DNA of 62,966 nucleotides, filler included, from Pirum gemmata (GCA_002812295.1; 11 parts of 11 records of this genome joined end to end with filler, not necessarily neighbours in it), one strand, 5' to 3'; positions 39,352 to 52,705 are shown, counted from the whole stretch's first letter. Notes: generated by a model from the sequence alone, not told the origin. Numbers and translations: made by a program.

Positions 39352-41259
39352 CTATGGAGAAAAAAGAGATTAAATGTTAGTTGGACACTTTTAAGTTAGA
39401 CACAAGTAAATTAATACCCGAAGTCAATTATGAAAGTGATTTTCCGACTACCTTGAGAAAATTCTGCACGCCGTTTAATTAAAAAAATAGTATTTTCTTC
39501 GAGCCAAAAAGNCGGAACCGAGCCACTTCACCAGAACCAAAAATAGTTGAGACCGAGCAGATAAAACCGAGCCGAAACCGAGCCTGAAAGGAAAACAGTT
39601 AAAATAAGAGAAATAATGGAAACTATAATGTTATAATTAATTTGTTTTATTATTTTATTATTTGTTTATTTATTTTTTTAATATTTTAGAGTGAAGTTGT
39701 TTTTTTTTGTTTTTCTGTTTTTTTTGTTTTTTTTGCAAAAAGCAGAGACTATTTATACAACAAAATTACTCGTATTAATTATATTACAAAATTAAGAATT
39801 AAACTATTATTATTATAAAACAACCCACCATCATAAACAGGTCAGTCAAAGTTAAACAAATAGAAAGATAGGGTTATTTATAAAGACTATTATTAGTATA
39901 AAATAGACCACCAACAAGCATTTTGAATTAGTGCTTAAACCACCATTAAACTAAAAATAAACTGAACGGGGGGGGGTTGGGTTCATTTAAACCACAAAGT
40001 AAACCAAAGCTTAAACCACTATTAAACTAAAAATAAACTGAACGGGGAGTTGGATTCACTTAAACCACAAAGTAAACCAAAGCTGTTGAATTTTAGCGAG
40101 TAAGATTAGAGAATACCCAGGTGGTACAAAAAATAAAAATAGTCTATGAAGCATAACCATATTAACTCGAAACTGCACCAAAATAAAACGTAGTCNNNNN
40201 NNNNNNNNNNNNNNNNNNNNNNNNNNNNNNNNNNNNNNNTTAATTAATTAANNNNNNNNNNNNNNNNNNNNNNNNNNNNNNNNNNNNNNNNNNNNTATTT
40301 ATTTGTTTGTTTGTTTGTTTGTTTGTTTGTTTATTTATTTATTTATATATTTACTTATTTATTTGATTTATTTTTGTTATTGATACTATAAAACACCTTA
40401 ATTTATTTTGTATATATTCAACTACACTTTTATCATATATTAGCTTAACCCTAACCCTAACCCTAACCCTAACCCTAACCCTTACTACCATATATTAGCT
40501 GAACAAGGTTGCCATGGTAACCATGGATTACGTTATACAGTGTATAATTAATGACCAACGACTAGATGTCTATTCGCAAGAAATTTTCACAAAGTATAGT
40601 AACGAATAAGAATATTCCCCTTACATGAACATAAAATTTAAAGCTCGAAATTCAAAAAAAGTAGACGAAATAATGAGCAACAATTATGTTACTTGGTTTA
40701 CGTTTTTTATCGGCTTAGTTAATTTTTTTGCCTATCTAGAAACCTTAGTTAGATATTTGAGTACTTGAAATGGGGATTTGGTGACCCAAATGAGAATGGA
40801 AATAATGATAATGATAACTTGTCGACGATCTAATTGTTGTTCAATTTATGTAGCAGAGGTTTTTTGTAGTTAAAAAAGAAAAATTACTTTATTGTTTTTG
40901 GTTTTCGTTTTCGTTCTCGTTTTCGTTCTTATTAAATAGTGACAATAATTCTGAACTGATATTCTTTTTTTTTGTTCGAGTTTCAAGTCTTCATATGAAA
41001 TTTCTAAGAATTTTTTAAGAATTTTTTTAATGAATTCAAAATTGAGTCAACACTTTAAATTAGACTCGATTCGATGGTTTTTCCCACATCTCCTTGTTTT
41101 GTTACATAGCTGTATAGGGATAGGGTTTTATACCAGTCTCCTCACATAAAGCTACCAGTCGTATGGTGGGGGTTGGGGGGGTTGGGGGTTAGTTCAGCCA
41201 AAGGCTGGTGCCCCAATTTGTATTTTTTCGCCCAAGTTCAGATTGTCTATATTGGTAGG

Positions 41260-41890
41260 TATATAGAAATTGGAAATGTGAATAGATTCGGTCTTGTAGA
41301 TCATCGTTCACCGAACTTGACTCGTAAAAAATCTCCGATTAATATTAGAAGTACTTAATATGAATGATCTTGTAAGTCTTCAAATCCTAAATTGGAACCG
41401 TGATGCTCGACTGACTCGATTTAAAAAATCTTAGCTTCGGACTATTAATATTTAAAATGCATATATGTTCGATATTGTAAATCCTCAATTCATCGAAATT
41501 GGAATGGTGAATAGATTCGGTTTTGTAAATCTTCACGTTCACCGAGCTCGACTCGATTTAAAAAAACCATTGTATTAGAAGTACATATGCTGGTCGATAC
41601 TGTTAATCTTCAATTACTCGAAATTGGAACTTTGAATGGATTCGGTTTTGTAAATCCTCAATTACTCGAAATTGGAACTATGAACAGGTTCGGTCTTGCA
41701 AATCTTCAATTCCTCACATTCACCAATCGCGAACTCAACTCGATGTGAAAAATCATTATTTAGATTCGGACTATAAAATGCGCTCAATATTGAAAATCTT
41801 CAATTCTTTGCGAAAAATCGTAGTCTATATACAAAAACTCTCGATCTTGTTCGATTCGATTTTTAAAAAATAACTTAGATTCGGATTTTT
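41260..41890 (+). repeat. Degenerate tandem repeat array (units with GAAATTGGAA..GAATAGATTCGGT.TTGTAAATC.TCAA and GACTCGATTT)
   Basis: Core motif recurs at least five times. Confidence 0.7.
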
Positions 41891-42293
41891 AATGTTAAAA
41901 GTGTATGTGATTGAAGTGTACAAAAAATATTCGATAATTAAGTTATCGATCCCAGGGGGTTGATTTTAGATCTAGCTAGATCTTCAAATCCATCATTATT
42001 ATTATTATATTATTGTTGTTGTTGTTGTGTGTGTATTAAAAATATTTAGTATAATAATTTATAATAATTTTAAATAATAAATAGTTAATTATATATTAAT
42101 AATTATATTTGTTTAATTATTATTTACGTCTCGTTGGCTTATTATTTATAAATTATTATGATTATTTTATTATTTTGTTGTTCGCGTCTGTGTGTATTAA
42201 AAAATATTTAGTATAATATCAATAAATAAATATTAATTACATTCATTTATTGTTTATGTTTTATATATAAATTAAAGATAATTCAATATACTG

Positions 42294-45200
42294 TTAATTT
42301 AAAGCTCGCCTACGGCCAGTCATGGGGATTGAAGAAATATGATTAACAGAGTGAGATTCAAAACCGTACAACGCTTGCAGTACTACTTTACCGTTCTTCC
42401 AATATGCTGCAACAAGGGTTTTATCCCTTTTAGTTTGTTTTAAATACCAAACTAACTTGGCGTAATAATATTCAAAACGAGGAAAATTTTCTCTTTTGTC
42501 AAATGCTGTCCCTTTCCAAAAATTACGAGGATCTTTATAACAACGCACCGTAAAGTAGCCATCGCGGTTTGTATTTAGTGTAAATTGAACCACTTTATTG
42601 GGATTGTTTTTAAAATCTTTACCGCGCAAATCGATCCACGAATGATCGTCGCCTTCGCGAGTTCGAATTTTAAAGCCTTCGCTATTACACCCTGTAATTG
42701 CCATTTTAGGATCATCTCTTGACCCAACTAATGATTTTACGAGACCATTCAAAATCCAGTTACCAACTGCGTGTGCTATTTCATCTCCCGCCAATAAAAC
42801 GTTACCAATCACATACCCAACAGCCGTTTCAACTGCCGTTACGGTTGCATTAATAGCTCCACCAACATCAACCCCCAAAATCTGGATTGATACTATTCCT
42901 TTCCAAGCTTGGTCGCCGGCATTTTTTAATGCATCCCAAGTTACAGAAATTCCGTGTTTTATTCCATTGTAAATTGTACCAACGAAATTAACCACTCTGC
43001 CTATAGCAGCACATGGATCAACATTAGCATTATCTGCGACTGTCATAATCAAACTAAGCCCAAGGGCAGCAGTATTAGAGTAACAAAGAAAATCTCCTAT
43101 TGTATGCGTAACCTCGAAGGCGTTATAAACGATTCCTACCAAGGCGACTAAACCTTTGGGTAAGTCTTCCAATCCTTTATAAACACCGGAAAGGAATGAA
43201 GGATAAACTAGATCAAATTGCTGTAATCCTTCTTGGTAATCACCTTTAGCAAATGCGTTCAACGCTTTTCCGTACCTATCCCCAGCTCGAAATAATCCTT
43301 CGGTGAAAGGGTGTACTACTAGATTCCCTACTAAAGCACACGCTGCATAAGCTGGTCCTGTTACAAGACACCCGACGTCAGCCATAGTAGTAAATAGCAA
43401 TTCCGTTAAAGCCTTAGCACATTCCTTTTGATCAGATTCTTCGGGTTTCTTTTTACATGCTTCCCAAGCTACATAACCCTGAATAACATAGCCAACTCCA
43501 ACAACGAATCCACCAGCCACAGTTTTAGCCACTTGGACCCCAACTTTACCTTCTTTTAGTATAAAAAGACTACCATCTCCTGCATCAGCTATGGCGTTGA
43601 TAGCCTCTTTGGCCTCTGGACTATTTTCCGCTATGAATTCCATCAGCTTGGCCTCTTCTTTTGTTAGCTTGGCGTTGAAAGTTTCGGATATTTCCGGAGT
43701 TAATCTTTTAAGTTTGGCGTCTGGGTTTTTTTTCATAAAGTCATCGTAGAATTCATCATAACACTCTTGTGTCATTCTATATTTTGGTAAAAGATAACCA
43801 TCACCTTCTAAAGCCAACTTTGGATTAAATTTAACAACACCACCGTCTAATGTTTTCCACCAAGTTTCTAAACGAGAAAAATAACCTTTAAAGTCATCAA
43901 TCTCACCTACACTTGTCGCTGCCTCTCTTTGCACTACATCAAGAAAATTTTTTTCTTGAGCTGGATTTTCGAAGATAATTTCAGGTGAACCTCCTTTTGC
44001 AATAACATCAACTTCATCAACATTTAGTTCAATGTTTTTATACTTGACACCGCATGCATTTTCAGCCAATCTTCTTCTATTAACACAACCTGCAGCAGTA
44101 CCTAATAAACTTTTCTTTATAGCTTTATAAATGTTTCTTAAAACATTAGATTCCCTTTGTTTAATTAATTCCTTGGTGCACCTTCCTTTTTGGCAATGTG
44201 ATATAACTTCTTGCTCTGTTAACAGACGTTGACCTGTGGTAGTTCTAGCGGCATTCACTTGTTCACGTATTCCGTTAATGTATTCTATCATTTTTGGATT
44301 CTCGAAAGTAGCTTTTAGAACTGCTTTTTTGTCTAACCCAGCATCTACAAATTCTTCTAAATCCTTAGCGGTTACTCTGATATTAATTTTAGCAGATTTA
44401 AGCTCACGCTCAACCAGTCTAAGCATCTTATTGGCAAGTGCTGGTCGGACCAAATTTTTAGATAAATCGTTAACATCAGTTGTTTTCAGTTTAACTATCA
44501 TTTTTAAAAATTCACTTCGTCCCAAGGAGCGGTCTACATCAAACATAGCATATTCTCCAAGATTAAGATTCTTTATTTTAGTTTCCACACCTCTGATTAT
44601 AGCATCCAAATCCTCACCTGTTAAAGTTTCTACAATATCCATAGAATTGAAAAGTCCGTTTTCTATAGCCTCTCGTGCAGTTGCAAGTGGGATTGATTTC
44701 GGGGTGTTAGAAAAACCTATCGAGTGCAAAATGTTTAATCGCCTGTTAGTTTCGGCGAGTAGATCTTCTGTCATTAACCTAAGTCCTTCCTCGGTTTCTG
44801 TAATCCAAATAATAATAATTAATTATTAATTAATTAATTAATTAATAATAAATAATAATAAATAACAAATAATAATAAATAAATAACAATAATAAATAAC
44901 AATAATAAATAACAATAATAAATAACAATAATAAAATTTTAAATATTAATAATAACAATATTTTAACAATAACAATCTATACAATGTAATGTACCTTTGT
45001 CTGGATATAATAGTTTTGCCTTTTCTTCTTTAGAAATAACTAATTCAATTTTATCTTCATCAGCAACTGTCATATGCCCAATAAATTTCTGACGATTAGC
45101 TTTAAACTCATTAATAACCTTTTTACAATCAATAATTTGTCTTCTTCTTCTTACAGCTGGCTTAAACTTTACCATACTGTAAACATGACCTGTTACACCA

Positions 45201-45669
45201 TTTACCTGAGATTTTCCAATAGCCTTAAAATTTCTTGATTGTAAGGAACATATTTGAAACAGAAAATTGGAGGCAATTTTCGAACGTGAGCCACCCCATG
45301 GTGGTTCATAATCGGACACTAAATTATTTCTCTGATTTACATCGGAAATAACAAAGTATTTTTGATTAGATGGTAAACGTTCAAACTCCGCGGTATTGTG
45401 CGATTTTATATATATATAACGCTTATCATTTGAGTTTGCTGCTTTGAAGGTTTCAATTTCTTTGTCAGTACCTAGAACTACATATGTTTCTCCGTTTTTT
45501 AATGTATTGGAAGGTAGCTCTGGGTTGATTGGAGATAGTTTGGGGAAAGAAAATTCGTTTGCTTTAATTTTTTCAACGATTTTGTCATAGTTGACTAAAT
45601 CGTTGTCTGGAATATATCTCCAATATTTTTGTACTGCAGCTGGTTCTTTTAATTCAGAGATTCCGTTTG
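42294..45669 (-). CDS. Large orphan protein (>1050 aa, 5'-incomplete; exons 45669-44995 and 44797-42294) with polybasic cleavage sites and a hydrophobic helical region, toxin-like
   Basis: Both exons are open and join in phase 1 (DK G|AA ACC = DKETEEGLRLM). Sites VRRRRQ, CVNRRRLAENAC and terminal GRRRALN; Gly/Ala/Val-rich hydrophobic helices at about 43545-42730. Confidence 0.85.
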
Positions 45670-45699
45670 CTATTTATATTTATTATCATTTATTTATTA

Positions 45700-45736
<37 letters not shown>

Positions 45737-45844
45737 TTACTATTGTCATTATGTGATTATGTGATTATGTTTATTATTATTTATTATTATTTATTATTTT
45801 CATTATATTGTTATGTGAATATGTTTATTATTATTAATTATTAC

Positions 45845-45882
<38 letters not shown>

Positions 45883-46101
45883 TATTAATATNNNNNNNNN
45901 NNNNNNNNNNNNNNNNNNNNNNNNNNNNNNNNNNNTTAATTAATTAANNNNNNNNNNNNNNNNNNNNNNNNNNNNNNNNNNNNNNNNNNNNTAATAATAA
46001 TAATAATAATTAAATAATAATAATAATGAATAATAAGAATAATAATATTAGGAATCTTGTTTTAAATAAGTTTTTATTTCACACACTATAATTTATTAAT
46101 T

Positions 46102-47557
46102 TTAAGTAAGATTGTTCGGTATTGAACATGTATATTCACATTCTTCTCCCAAATCCACACTATCTGGTACACAAGTTCTTTCGTGTTCTGAAGAAATTAA
46201 TTGAGTAATCATCATTGCAGTACCCTTAACCTTACTCTGACCAGGTTTACAATCATCCTGACTGGCAGAGCATTGAATTTTTTCTATTGGGTCAAACGTG
46301 CAAAGTGGACATTCATAATCAGTACATGGGAAATCAGATTCTAACTCTGGGCATGGTTTTCCACCATCTGTTGCATCTACTAAAACTAAACGTTTTCGTT
46401 TTATAGTAGCGTTAGGAGCGTGATTATTAATACATTGTCCAAAGCAAATTCCAGCATCTTCCCAATCTCCAACTTTACAATCCACTGCACAAGTTATATT
46501 ACACGGTACTTTCTTTGAAGCTTCTGGGCATGGTGCACCACCAAACAAAGGCTCAACCATGCTACGAGTCAAGTTATAGGTACCATAAATTTTTTCATTT
46601 TCACCATCACAAACAGCATCACATTGACTAGTTTGTACATACTCACCAACCACGCAATCCACGGCACACTCTTTTTGACAAGGACGCAATTCTTCTAAAT
46701 CCTCACACCCAGCACCATTAAACTCAGGAGACTGTTTAACATCGCGTTTCCAGGTTGTTTCCCCTCTACTAATACCATCTGCATCGATTTTGCTTGCATC
46801 ATCACATGTTGCTGGACACTTACTTACTTGGTACCAATCACCAGTTATACAATCAGCGTCGCATTCTAAGTGGCATTTTTCTTCTTTAGTTGTGTTTCCA
46901 CATGCATCACCACCATTTTTCGGTTCAATATTAATCTTACGAGAATACTTTTGAGTACCTTGAACAAGACCTTTGCCGCAAACAGCAGAGCACTCACCAT
47001 CTGTGAACCATTCAGTCATATCACAATGGATCGGGCAATCTTTTGTACAAAACTCTTCCGTGGTTTGTTCGTCGCACTCTCTTCCGCCATTTTTAGGTTG
47101 AGTTAAAACTTCCCGATATTTAGTAATACTACCAGAAGCAACCCCAGTAATTTGGCTATCTTTACCGCATTGAGCCCCACATGTACCGTTACCTTCGCCT
47201 TGCCATGGCCCTAATACACAATCAACCGGGCAGGTGACCTTACATGGCTCAGTATTTTCTAATTCTGGACATTCTTCGTTTGTACCTTTTCGGGTAACAA
47301 GTCGAGTTCGTTTTCTTATACCAGTTTCTACTGCTGAATCACGGGAGTCTGGGCATTGTGCAGAACAAGAGCCCCATTCTGACCATGGTGATGTTAAACA
47401 GACTGATGATTCACAAGTTACGTAGCAAAACCCTTTGCGTTCTGTTTCCTCGCATGGAATACCATTAAGAGTTGCATTTCTAAGAATATGGCGAGTCTAA
47501 TAAATAATAATAAAATATAAATTGTTAGTAAATAAATACATTACTTAATTAATTAAT

Positions 47558-47601
<44 letters not shown>

Positions 47602-50600
47602 ATTAAATAAAATAAATAAATAAAATAAATAAATGAAATTACCTGTATCATGTGACCAGCCTTTCTTCCAATGTCATGTGGACCACATTCAGCATCACAA
47701 GGGCCTTTGACCCAGGGTCCAGTTAGACAATTAACTTGACAAGTAACGCCGCATGCTTTAGTGTCTTCTAACACAGGACAGTTAGACCCAGCTCTTGTTA
47801 TAGATCTACGTCTCGTAGACTGACCCTTAGCTAAGCCTTCCTCTGTCGCAGAACAATCACCATTACAACCAGACCACGAGCTCCAGTCACCAACCAAACA
47901 TTGTCGTTCACATTTAATTGCACAACTTTCTTCATCATCTAGCTCAGGGCATTTATCATCTTTGGTACCACTTCTTATAATGTACCTTTTCAAGGTTCGC
48001 TTGCCCCAAATCACAGTAGCATTACTCTCCTCGCATTTAGCAGAACATGGTCCTTTAGTCCAGTTACTTACTTGACAAGGTATATCACATACTTTACCAC
48101 AAGTGTCAGTATCTTCCAATGCAGCACAATTCTCTCCAGGTCTTACAATCGATCTTGTTCTTGTTTTAAAACCTTCAGCAAGGGGTTCACCTTCTTCACA
48201 AGTAGCATTACAACTCCAACTACTCCAAGCAGTAAGGATACAAGGACGTCCACAATCGCTTTTACAAGTAACTTCTCTGTGAAGCTCAGTTGGGCATGGT
48301 AAACCACCATTGAACGCTTCTTTAATTACAAAACGCGTCCAATTTGATTTTCCTAGTTGAATTCCTTGTTTTCCTGGGCCACATTGCGCAGAACAGTCTG
48401 GTTTAGTCCAATTAGACATTTTACAATCTTGGTTACATGGTAAACTGCAGTCATCTTTTTCATGGGTAGGACCACAATCTTTTCCCTCGGTAGTAGTATT
48501 ACGGTAACGATGTTGAGTACCTTTAGTAGTAACCATACCATCCACGCAAGTTTCTGCATCACAAGACCATGGAGTCCATGGGGTTTGTAGACATTTTTTG
48601 CCACAATCTTTTTTACAACGTTTAGTTAGTACTAGATCACCGCATTCTTTCCCACCGGCTTGTGCATCAACTAGCACGTATCTTGTATTGTTAGCAAATC
48701 CGTATTTAACCCCTATCTCTCCCTCTTCACAAACTGCGTCACATTCGCCATCGTACCACTCTGAAACTTCACAATCAACTTTACATAAATCAGTACAAGG
48801 TTGGGTATCATTAAGCTTTGGACAATTACCTGAACCTAAAATGGCCACCTCCCTTGTTCTTGTAGATGTACCATCAACATATTGTACACCATCAGCGGGA
48901 TCACATTTAGCATCACATGACCATTCTGACCATTCTCCTACAGAACAACTTTGTGTGCAGGTAATAGAACATTGTCCACTTTTTTGTGTTGGGCCACATG
49001 GTTTACCACCATTTATAGCTTCTTGAACAATTACAGTAGACTTGTTAGCCACACCCCATATTATACCCTCACTGTGTTCTAAACACTCAGCAGTACAAGC
49101 TTCTTCTTTCCAATCACCCAATTTACAATCAATAGGGCATAATTTATCACAATAACCAGTGTCTTCAGTAGCTCCACAACCTACTCCCTCTCTCAAAATA
49201 TCGCGACTTCTTCTTTTCGTTCCTTCGGCAATATCTTTTCCCACAACACATTTAGCATCACATTCCCATTCTGTCCATTGACCCATTTGACATTTATAAG
49301 GACAATCTTTATGACATCTTTCTATAGTGTCTGTTTCTCCACATTCTTGACCATTATTTACAGGTTTACGCTTAATAAAACGAGTTTTAGAGATTACCCC
49401 TTCTACAAAACCTTCTCCACATTGAGCCGAACAAGTACCGTTTTTCCATTCAGACATAATGCAATCAATAGGGCACTTCTTTATACAAGATCTAGAGTCT
49501 ACAAGATCTGGACAATTATCACCATTTTGAGTAACTGGTCTTGTTCTAGTTTGTTTTCCATCTGCAAATGGTTTATTAGGGTTATCACAAGTACCAATAC
49601 ATTCCCCCCATTTCTCCCAATCGCCAACTTCACATTTATACTCACATTGTACACTACAAGTTTCTTCCATTTTGTTGTCACCACATTCTAAACCACCATT
49701 TAAAGGAGCAATTTCAATTTCACGCGTACTTATTTGACTACCATACACCAAACCACCAGTACCAGTACAATTAGCATTACAAGGTTGTTTGGCCCATGGG
49801 GACTGTTTACAATTAATAGGACAATTCCCAACGCAAAATTGCGAATCTTCTTGATTAACGGGGCAAGCTTGCCCGTCGTTTTTCGGTTCTTGGGTGACTT
49901 TCATTTTACGAATTTGTTTACCTTGTGCTACTTGTATCCCAGTAACACAAGTAAACTGACATTCAGTCCAAGGGTTCCATTCTGTCTGACAATCGATTGG
50001 ACAATTACGTTCACAAGGCTGGATGTCCTCAAGATTAGGGCATTCCTCACCACCACGGTAAGGTTGAACTAAAACACGACGATGACGTTTTTGAACACCC
50101 TCATCTATAGGGCATTTACCTTCGCATACTCCCCATTCCCCCCATTCTGAAACGTCGCAATCCACTTTACATAAATCTTGAGCAACTTTATCAATAACTT
50201 GGTTTAAAGCTGAAAAATCTTCAACCGAAAATATACGATTAGGGTCTCCAGTTAAGGTTTCCAATTGTTTTTGTACTACAAACTCGGTAATAGCTACAGC
50301 GTAGATATCAAAACCTTCTTTTCTCAATTGAGGTGCTATTCTAGAGATTGAGTTAGGCCCATTAGCAGCACCATTATCGTCATTAGCAGCACCATCAGTA
50401 ATAACTACAATCATTTTCTTAACATTATCTCTAGAATATGGCTTAAATACATCATCAGCAACGCCTTGTAAAGCTGTGCCCATATGAGTTCTGCCTGGCG
50501 CAATAGAGCCCTGGGTAGTACCATTGTATTTGAGAGTATCAATAACTTTGGTTAAAAACGGAGCGTTATCAGAACCTCCATCAGGGGCAAAAGTAACAAC

Positions 50601-50743
50601 ATTTCTATATTGTGTACTGAAAGTAGTATATGTAACTCGAGCAGCTTCTGCGTTGATATTAATATTACTAACAACTTGTTTTACAAAAGCTTTTAAATGA
50701 CCGAAATTTGTTTCTCCAATACCAGCCACATCGTGTTTGGTAC
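46102..50743 (-). CDS. Secreted adhesin-like protein: VWA domain plus about 22 spondin-type TSP1 repeats (exons 50743-47643 and 47496-46102; 5' exon missing)
   Basis: VWA with GRTHMGTAL and VVITDG, then repeats of DCxxSxWxxWxxC...RxRxxxxxPxNGGxxCP. Phase-0 GT-AG intron 47642-47497. Stop at 46102 with no transmembrane segment. Confidence 0.93.
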
Positions 50744-50839
50744 CTTTTTTTATTATATAAACGAATAAATAAATAAATAAATAAATGGATTAATAATTGA
50801 TAATTAATTATTGATTGTAATAATAATAATAATAATTAC

Positions 50840-51438
50840 CAAAATCCACAAATCCGAGTAAGATACGCCTGGAAATTTCTTTTTGATTGGTTCTAAAGCA
50901 TTACGGGCAAGGTGAAGTCCAGCATTTGCACCCTAAAAAAGTAAAAAGTATGTAATTTTTAAACCTATTGAACTGTTGCTGTTATTGTTACCGATCAAAA
51001 AGAATGGGTAATAATGTGACAATATATTGTTTGATAGAACCTAAATATACATATCGCTAATAATAAAAATAAAATTGAAGAAAGCCTTTTTAATATTATC
51101 TTGGCTTTTAGGTAGGTATTTAGTGACCTTTAGTTATTTATTCGGAACCTTTCAACTCATACAATTAACGGTGGAGTTGTTTACAGTAAAATAAGTAAAT
51201 GACAAAAAATGCTAAATTAAATAAATCGTATCAAATAAATGTATAGTCTATAATTAATTTGGAAGTATTTGTTTCTATTTTACGAAGACAGTATTATAAT
51301 GATGGTGGTGATAGTAGTAATCGTTACCCAACTCGCTTCAGGAGCAAATCTCATTCCTGCACCATTACTGCCACCTGTTTTAGTGTGAATGGAGTAGGTT
51401 CCGGAAGCATGCCAGGCTAAACGAACTAAAGTAGGACC
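50840..51438 (-). CDS. Class I heme peroxidase (cytochrome c/ascorbate peroxidase family), two internal exons: 51438-51328 and 50932-50840
   Basis: [15 protein letters not shown]...[16 protein letters not shown] | [31 protein letters not shown]. Distal R-W-H motif; phase-0 GT-AG boundaries. Confidence 0.92.
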
Positions 51439-51483
51439 CTACAAATACAAAACAATTAATAATAATAATAATAATAATATTAA

Positions 51484-51576
51484 CCAAACCACCAGTACCA
51501 GTACAATTAGCATTACAAGGTTGTTTGGCCCATGGGGACTGTTTACAATTAATAGGACAATTCCCAACGCAAAATT
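51484..51576 (-). repeat. Copy of TSP1-coding sequence from about 49747-49840
   Basis: ACCAAACCACCAGTACCAGTACAATTAGC...CCCAACGCAAAATT matches the internal VWA-TSP1 exon and sits at the contig end. Confidence 0.9.
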
Positions 51577-51708
51577 NNNNNNNNNNNNNNNNNNNNNNNN
51601 NNNNNNNNNNNNNNNNNNNNTTAATTAATTAANNNNNNNNNNNNNNNNNNNNNNNNNNNNNNNNNNNNNNNNNNNNAATAGTAATAGTAATAGTAATAAA
51701 GCCTATAC

Positions 51709-52387
51709 CTTCATTGTTTCCAGAAACGAGAGTTTTCAAATTGTTTTCAGCAAATTTTTGAAATTGTTGTATTTGTTTCTCTGTTTTTATTTTTCCGGAG
51801 TAACTGGCTGTGCATGTACTCAGCTCGTTATTCTCCTGCCTGGTGTTTCTTCCTTTCCCAGTTTTACATACATTTTCAAGTTTATTTCTACTCCTACTCC
51901 TACTCCTACTCCTACTTCTACTCCTACTCCTACTTCTACTATAGCTTCTACTATAGCTCCTGTTTCTACTATTACTTCTACCCCTACTACTACTACTCCT
52001 ACTACTTCTACTTCTACTTCTACTACGGCTACTTTCACTTTCACTTTCACTTTCACTTCTACTTCTACTTCTACTACTACTACTACTACTACTAGTACTA
52101 ATGTTACTGCTTCTGCTTCTGCTTCTGCTAAACCTGCTTCTACTTTTACTACTATTTGGTTGGCGACGTCCACCTTTTTCTGCCTTTCGACCACGACTTT
52201 TACTGCTACTCTCTTCCTTATTCTCTTTTTTGTTGTTTTGTTGTTTTTCTCTCTCTTTCAATTCGCATAATTCCTTTCTACATGCCAAAAGTTGAGCACT
52301 GAGAGATTTAATGTTATCTCTTAGGTCTTCATTGTATTTTTTCTCTTGCAGTAACAATTTTTCTAATTTTTTTATTTTTTCTTCCAT
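51709..52387 (-). CDS. First exon of a coiled-coil plus RS-rich protein
   Basis: ATG in A-rich context; heptad-like N-terminus; long (SR)n; non-repetitive tail ending at a GAAG|GTATAG donor. Confidence 0.6.
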
Positions 52388-52705
52388 TTTTATTAAAAAA
52401 ATCCTATTAAAATTTTGTGCTTTTAATGTTTGTACGTTGTACGTTTTGGCCCAGCTGTTTTTGTATGGTATGTATTATGATACTTGACACTAGTTTTAAA
52501 CAGTATGTATACATGAAAAAAAACCCTAAACCTATTTTATTAAATAACACTTGACTGTGTATCATGTTTTTTTTGATATACCATCGATGCCTTTGTCGAT
52601 ATTTGTTTCAACTTTCAACTTGTTTGATGAACTTTGATGATTGATCTGGTATCTACACCTACCTAGCTATGATATGATAGCACAATACCATCGACAGTGA
52701 CACCA

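Noticed and set aside
41260..41890. CRISPR-like array
   Set aside because: Units are degenerate with related rather than unique spacers; no cas genes; eukaryotic context.
44236..50072. Plus-strand ORFs overlapping the large minus-strand genes
   Set aside because: Antisense shadows of real coding exons with no independent motifs.
42294..50743. Toxin-like gene and VWA-TSP1 gene as one gene or a functional cluster
   Set aside because: Separated by a linker (different contigs), and the TSP1 gene has its own stop at 46102.
50743..50932. Peroxidase-VWA-TSP1 fusion protein
   Set aside because: Splice phases are incompatible (0 versus 1) and the peroxidase is incomplete.
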